From the sequence record SRR31156797_5325: a DNA stretch of 20,000 bases, one strand, 5' to 3'. A program made the translations under genes and the position numbers. Of this stretch, positions 17,380 through 20,000 are shown piece after piece; the first letter of the stretch is position 1; every line of letters starts with the position of its first letter. The notes under the pieces are model-generated. The model was not told the DNA's origin, did no database searches, and worked only from the letters and a program-made list of their open reading frames with translations.

Positions 17380-17856
17380 ATGAATTTAGACCGAGTGGAT
17401 CAGCAAATCTTACGCATCTTACATACTAAAGGTCGGTTACCTGTGGTAGAGCTCGCGAAGCTCGTTAATCTCACCACATCACCCTGTTCTGATCGAGTTA
17501 AGCGTTTAGAAAAAGAAGGTTACATCAAAGGCTACCATGCGGAGCTGAACCCTGAAAAACTGGGTTTAGATGTGCAGGTATTCATTCATATTCGGTTGGA
17601 TCAAACGTGTTTTTCGATATTCGAGCAGTTTGCTCAAGCCGTTGAAGACATCCCTGAAATTGAAGCGTGTTACTCACTGTCTGGTGACTTTGACACCATG
17701 ATCAAAGTTCGAGTGAAGGATATGAAAGCTTATCAGGCGTTTATGTCGGGTCGACTCGGAACACTGCCTGGTGTTATTCAGACCAGAAGTGAGTTCGTGA
17801 TTGAAGAGCATAAAACGAGCTTCGGTATAAACCCCGAACTTCTTTCGACTCTTTAA
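17380..17856 (+). CDS. Lrp/AsnC-family transcriptional regulator, likely PutR
   Basis: LDRVDQQILRIL...GR...ELAKLVNLTTSPC.DRVKRLEKEGYIKGY HTH and SGDFD RAM domain. PutR assignment rests on proximity to putAP only. Confidence 0.9.
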   Translation: MNLDRVDQQILRILHTKGRLPVVELAKLVNLTTSPCSDRVKRLEKEGYIKGYHAELNPEKLGLDVQVFIHIRLDQTCFSIFEQFAQAVEDIPEIEACYSLSGDFDTMIKVRVKDMKAYQAFMSGRLGTLPGVIQTRSEFVIEEHKTSFGINPELLSTL

Positions 17857-17887
17857 CGATGAACAGTTTAAAAACTAAGGAGATACA

Positions 17888-19330
17888 ATGAATCAAGCAT
17901 CTGCGGTAGAAGCTCAGTGGCAAAAGTTGCAAGTGACTGAACTAGAGCTTTTACAGGCGCAATACAGCCGTTTATGTCTCCAGTTTTCTAATGACCCTTC
18001 GCCCAGCTTGGATATCAGGCTACAACGTTTATCTGCTCTTCGTGGAGCGTTACTCAAGGAAAAGCGAGCGTTAGTTGAAGCTTTGAGTGACGATTTTGGT
18101 TTTCGCCCTCATTTTGATTCGATGTTTTGCGATGTTATGCCGGTGATTAATCAAATTGATTACACCATCAAACATCTTAAAAAATGGATGAAACCCTCTC
18201 GTCGTCATGCTGGTTTACTTGTCTCACCATCTAAAGTGAGCGTGCATTATCAACCTGTTGGTGTGGTTGGCATCGTTGTGCCTTGGAACTTTCCAGCGAT
18301 GTTAAGCTTATCGCCTTTGGCAACGGTGATTGCGGCGGGTAATCAGGCAATGATTAAGTTCAGTGAATATACGCCAAAGACTAATAAAGTACTTGAGCGC
18401 ATTATTGGTTCCTTAGGCGATGCAGCTGTGTGTATAGAGGGTGATTTAACCATCGCTTCCGCGTTCAGCTCATTACCTTTCGATCATCTTCTGTTTACCG
18501 GTTCAACGCCAGTAGGCCGAATCGTCGCTCAATCGGCCGCAAAAAATTTAACTCCGGTAACGCTAGAATTGGGTGGTAAATCGCCAGTCATTATTGCGCC
18601 TGATGCCAATTTAGTTCGCAGTGTTGACAATATTATGCAGGGCAAGGCGATTAACTCTGGGCAAATCTGTATTGCTCCGGACTATGTTATGTTACCCGAA
18701 GAGCATGTAGAGAAATTCATCGAACTGTATCTTGATCGATTTACCAACCGATTCGTCAATAAAAAAGGCGAATTGGATTGCGCCAGCATCATTAACCAGC
18801 CGCAGCTCGACCGTTTACAAAGCTATTTGAAAGATGCGGAAGAAAAAGGCGCGCGAGTTTACACTGTAAAACAGCAGCTTGAACTGGTTTCAACTCAAAT
18901 GGCTCCTGTATTGGTGACAGGTGTCAGTGATGATATGCAAGTGATGCAAAACGAAATCTTTGGCCCAATATTACCGGTTATTGGTTACCGAACGTTAGAG
19001 CAAGCGGTGGACAGAGTAAATATAAACTCACGTCCATTAGCATTGTATTTGATGACCGATGATAACGACGTTACTGAGTATGTACTAAATCATACACACA
19101 GCGGTGGTATGTGTGTGAACGATACTCTGATGCATGTCGCTGCAGACTCTGCGCCATTTGGCGGGATAGGTGATTCAGGTATGGGTCACTATCATGGAAT
19201 CGAAGGCTTTAAGACGTTTTCTCACGCTAAAACCGTTGTCCGCTCCTGGAGCAAGTTTCCTCGAAGTACGATTTTGTTGACCTACCGAAAAATGATTCTG
19301 CGTTTGTTGAGTCGGTTCTTGATTCGATGA
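17888..19330 (+). CDS. Aldehyde dehydrogenase, ALDH3/coniferyl aldehyde dehydrogenase (CalB)-like
   Basis: PWNFP, FTGST, TLELGGKSP (catalytic Glu), GQICIAPDY (catalytic Cys), EIFGP and PFGGIGDSGMGHYHG motifs; AAGGAG RBS. Confidence 0.92.
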   Translation: MNQASAVEAQWQKLQVTELELLQAQYSRLCLQFSNDPSPSLDIRLQRLSALRGALLKEKRALVEALSDDFGFRPHFDSMFCDVMPVINQIDYTIKHLKKWMKPSRRHAGLLVSPSKVSVHYQPVGVVGIVVPWNFPAMLSLSPLATVIAAGNQAMIKFSEYTPKTNKVLERIIGSLGDAAVCIEGDLTIASAFSSLPFDHLLFTGSTPVGRIVAQSAAKNLTPVTLELGGKSPVIIAPDANLVRSVDNIMQGKAINSGQICIAPDYVMLPEEHVEKFIELYLDRFTNRFVNKKGELDCASIINQPQLDRLQSYLKDAEEKGARVYTVKQQLELVSTQMAPVLVTGVSDDMQVMQNEIFGPILPVIGYRTLEQAVDRVNINSRPLALYLMTDDNDVTEYVLNHTHSGGMCVNDTLMHVAADSAPFGGIGDSGMGHYHGIEGFKTFSHAKTVVRSWSKFPRSTILLTYRKMILRLLSRFLIR

Positions 19331-19353
19331 ATACTGACTATGTACAAATATCT

Positions 19354-19381
19354 AAGGCGCTTTTATAGCGCCTTTTTCTTT
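19354..19381 (+). terminator. Intrinsic terminator separating the ALDH gene from nifH
   Basis: AAGGCGCT-TTTAT-AGCGCCTT followed by TTTCTTT. Confidence 0.85.
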
Positions 19382-19446
19382 GCCGTGTGTTTGGGAATGA
19401 CTGACAAAATGCTGTATCTGGAATATGCAAAAAACAGACAATGGGT

Positions 19447-19462
19447 TGTTGTAAAGCAGACA
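19447..19462. promoter_or_regulatory. NifA upstream activator sequence
   Basis: TGT-TGTAAAGCAG-ACA (TGT-N10-ACA), about 90-100 bp upstream of the inferred TSS (about 19550). Confidence 0.75.
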
Positions 19463-19522
19463 ATGTAGGTTTGTTGGTTGTTCGTGTCATCTCTAACTGT
19501 ATGAATTTACGCTTTATTTCAT

Positions 19523-19539
19523 CTGGTACAAATATCGCA
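19523..19539 (+). promoter_or_regulatory. Sigma54 (-24/-12) promoter of nifH
   Basis: CTGGTACAAATATCGCA: GG at 19525-19526, N10, GC at 19537-19538. Confidence 0.85.
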
Positions 19540-19574
19540 ATACCAACCATGAGTCTAATTTAACAAGGAGATAG

Positions 19575-20000
<426 letters not shown>

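Noticed and set aside
19338-19550. 70-aa minus-strand ORF
   Set aside because: Covers the nifH promoter, UAS and a terminator; no recognisable protein features.

Overview
Vibrio-like chromosomal region (taxon inferred from gene content and order). From left to right: (i) a minus-strand Lap-type biofilm adhesin control/secretion operon, lapC(HlyD)-lapG-lapD-lapB, with lapB cut by the window edge and no adhesin or TolC gene in view; (ii) pdxH; (iii) a tandem pair of paralogous exported proteins of unknown function (signal peptide, long coiled coil, Cys-pair domain, PEGA), one with an added, apparently non-catalytic FGE/SUMF1-fold domain; (iv) an AraC regulator followed by a proline utilisation operon in which PutA is split into a 1039-aa core and a separate 232-aa C-terminal domain, then putP; (v) a small Cys-motif protein, an Lrp-family regulator (PutR-like) behind a perfect CRP core, and an ALDH3/CalB-like aldehyde dehydrogenase; (vi) the 5' part of nifH (missed by the ORF track) with a sigma54 promoter and a NifA UAS, probably the edge of a nitrogen fixation cluster. 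The best candidate for an undescribed system is the coiled-coil/PEGA/FGE paralogue pair. All calls come from motif recognition by eye; no searches were run.
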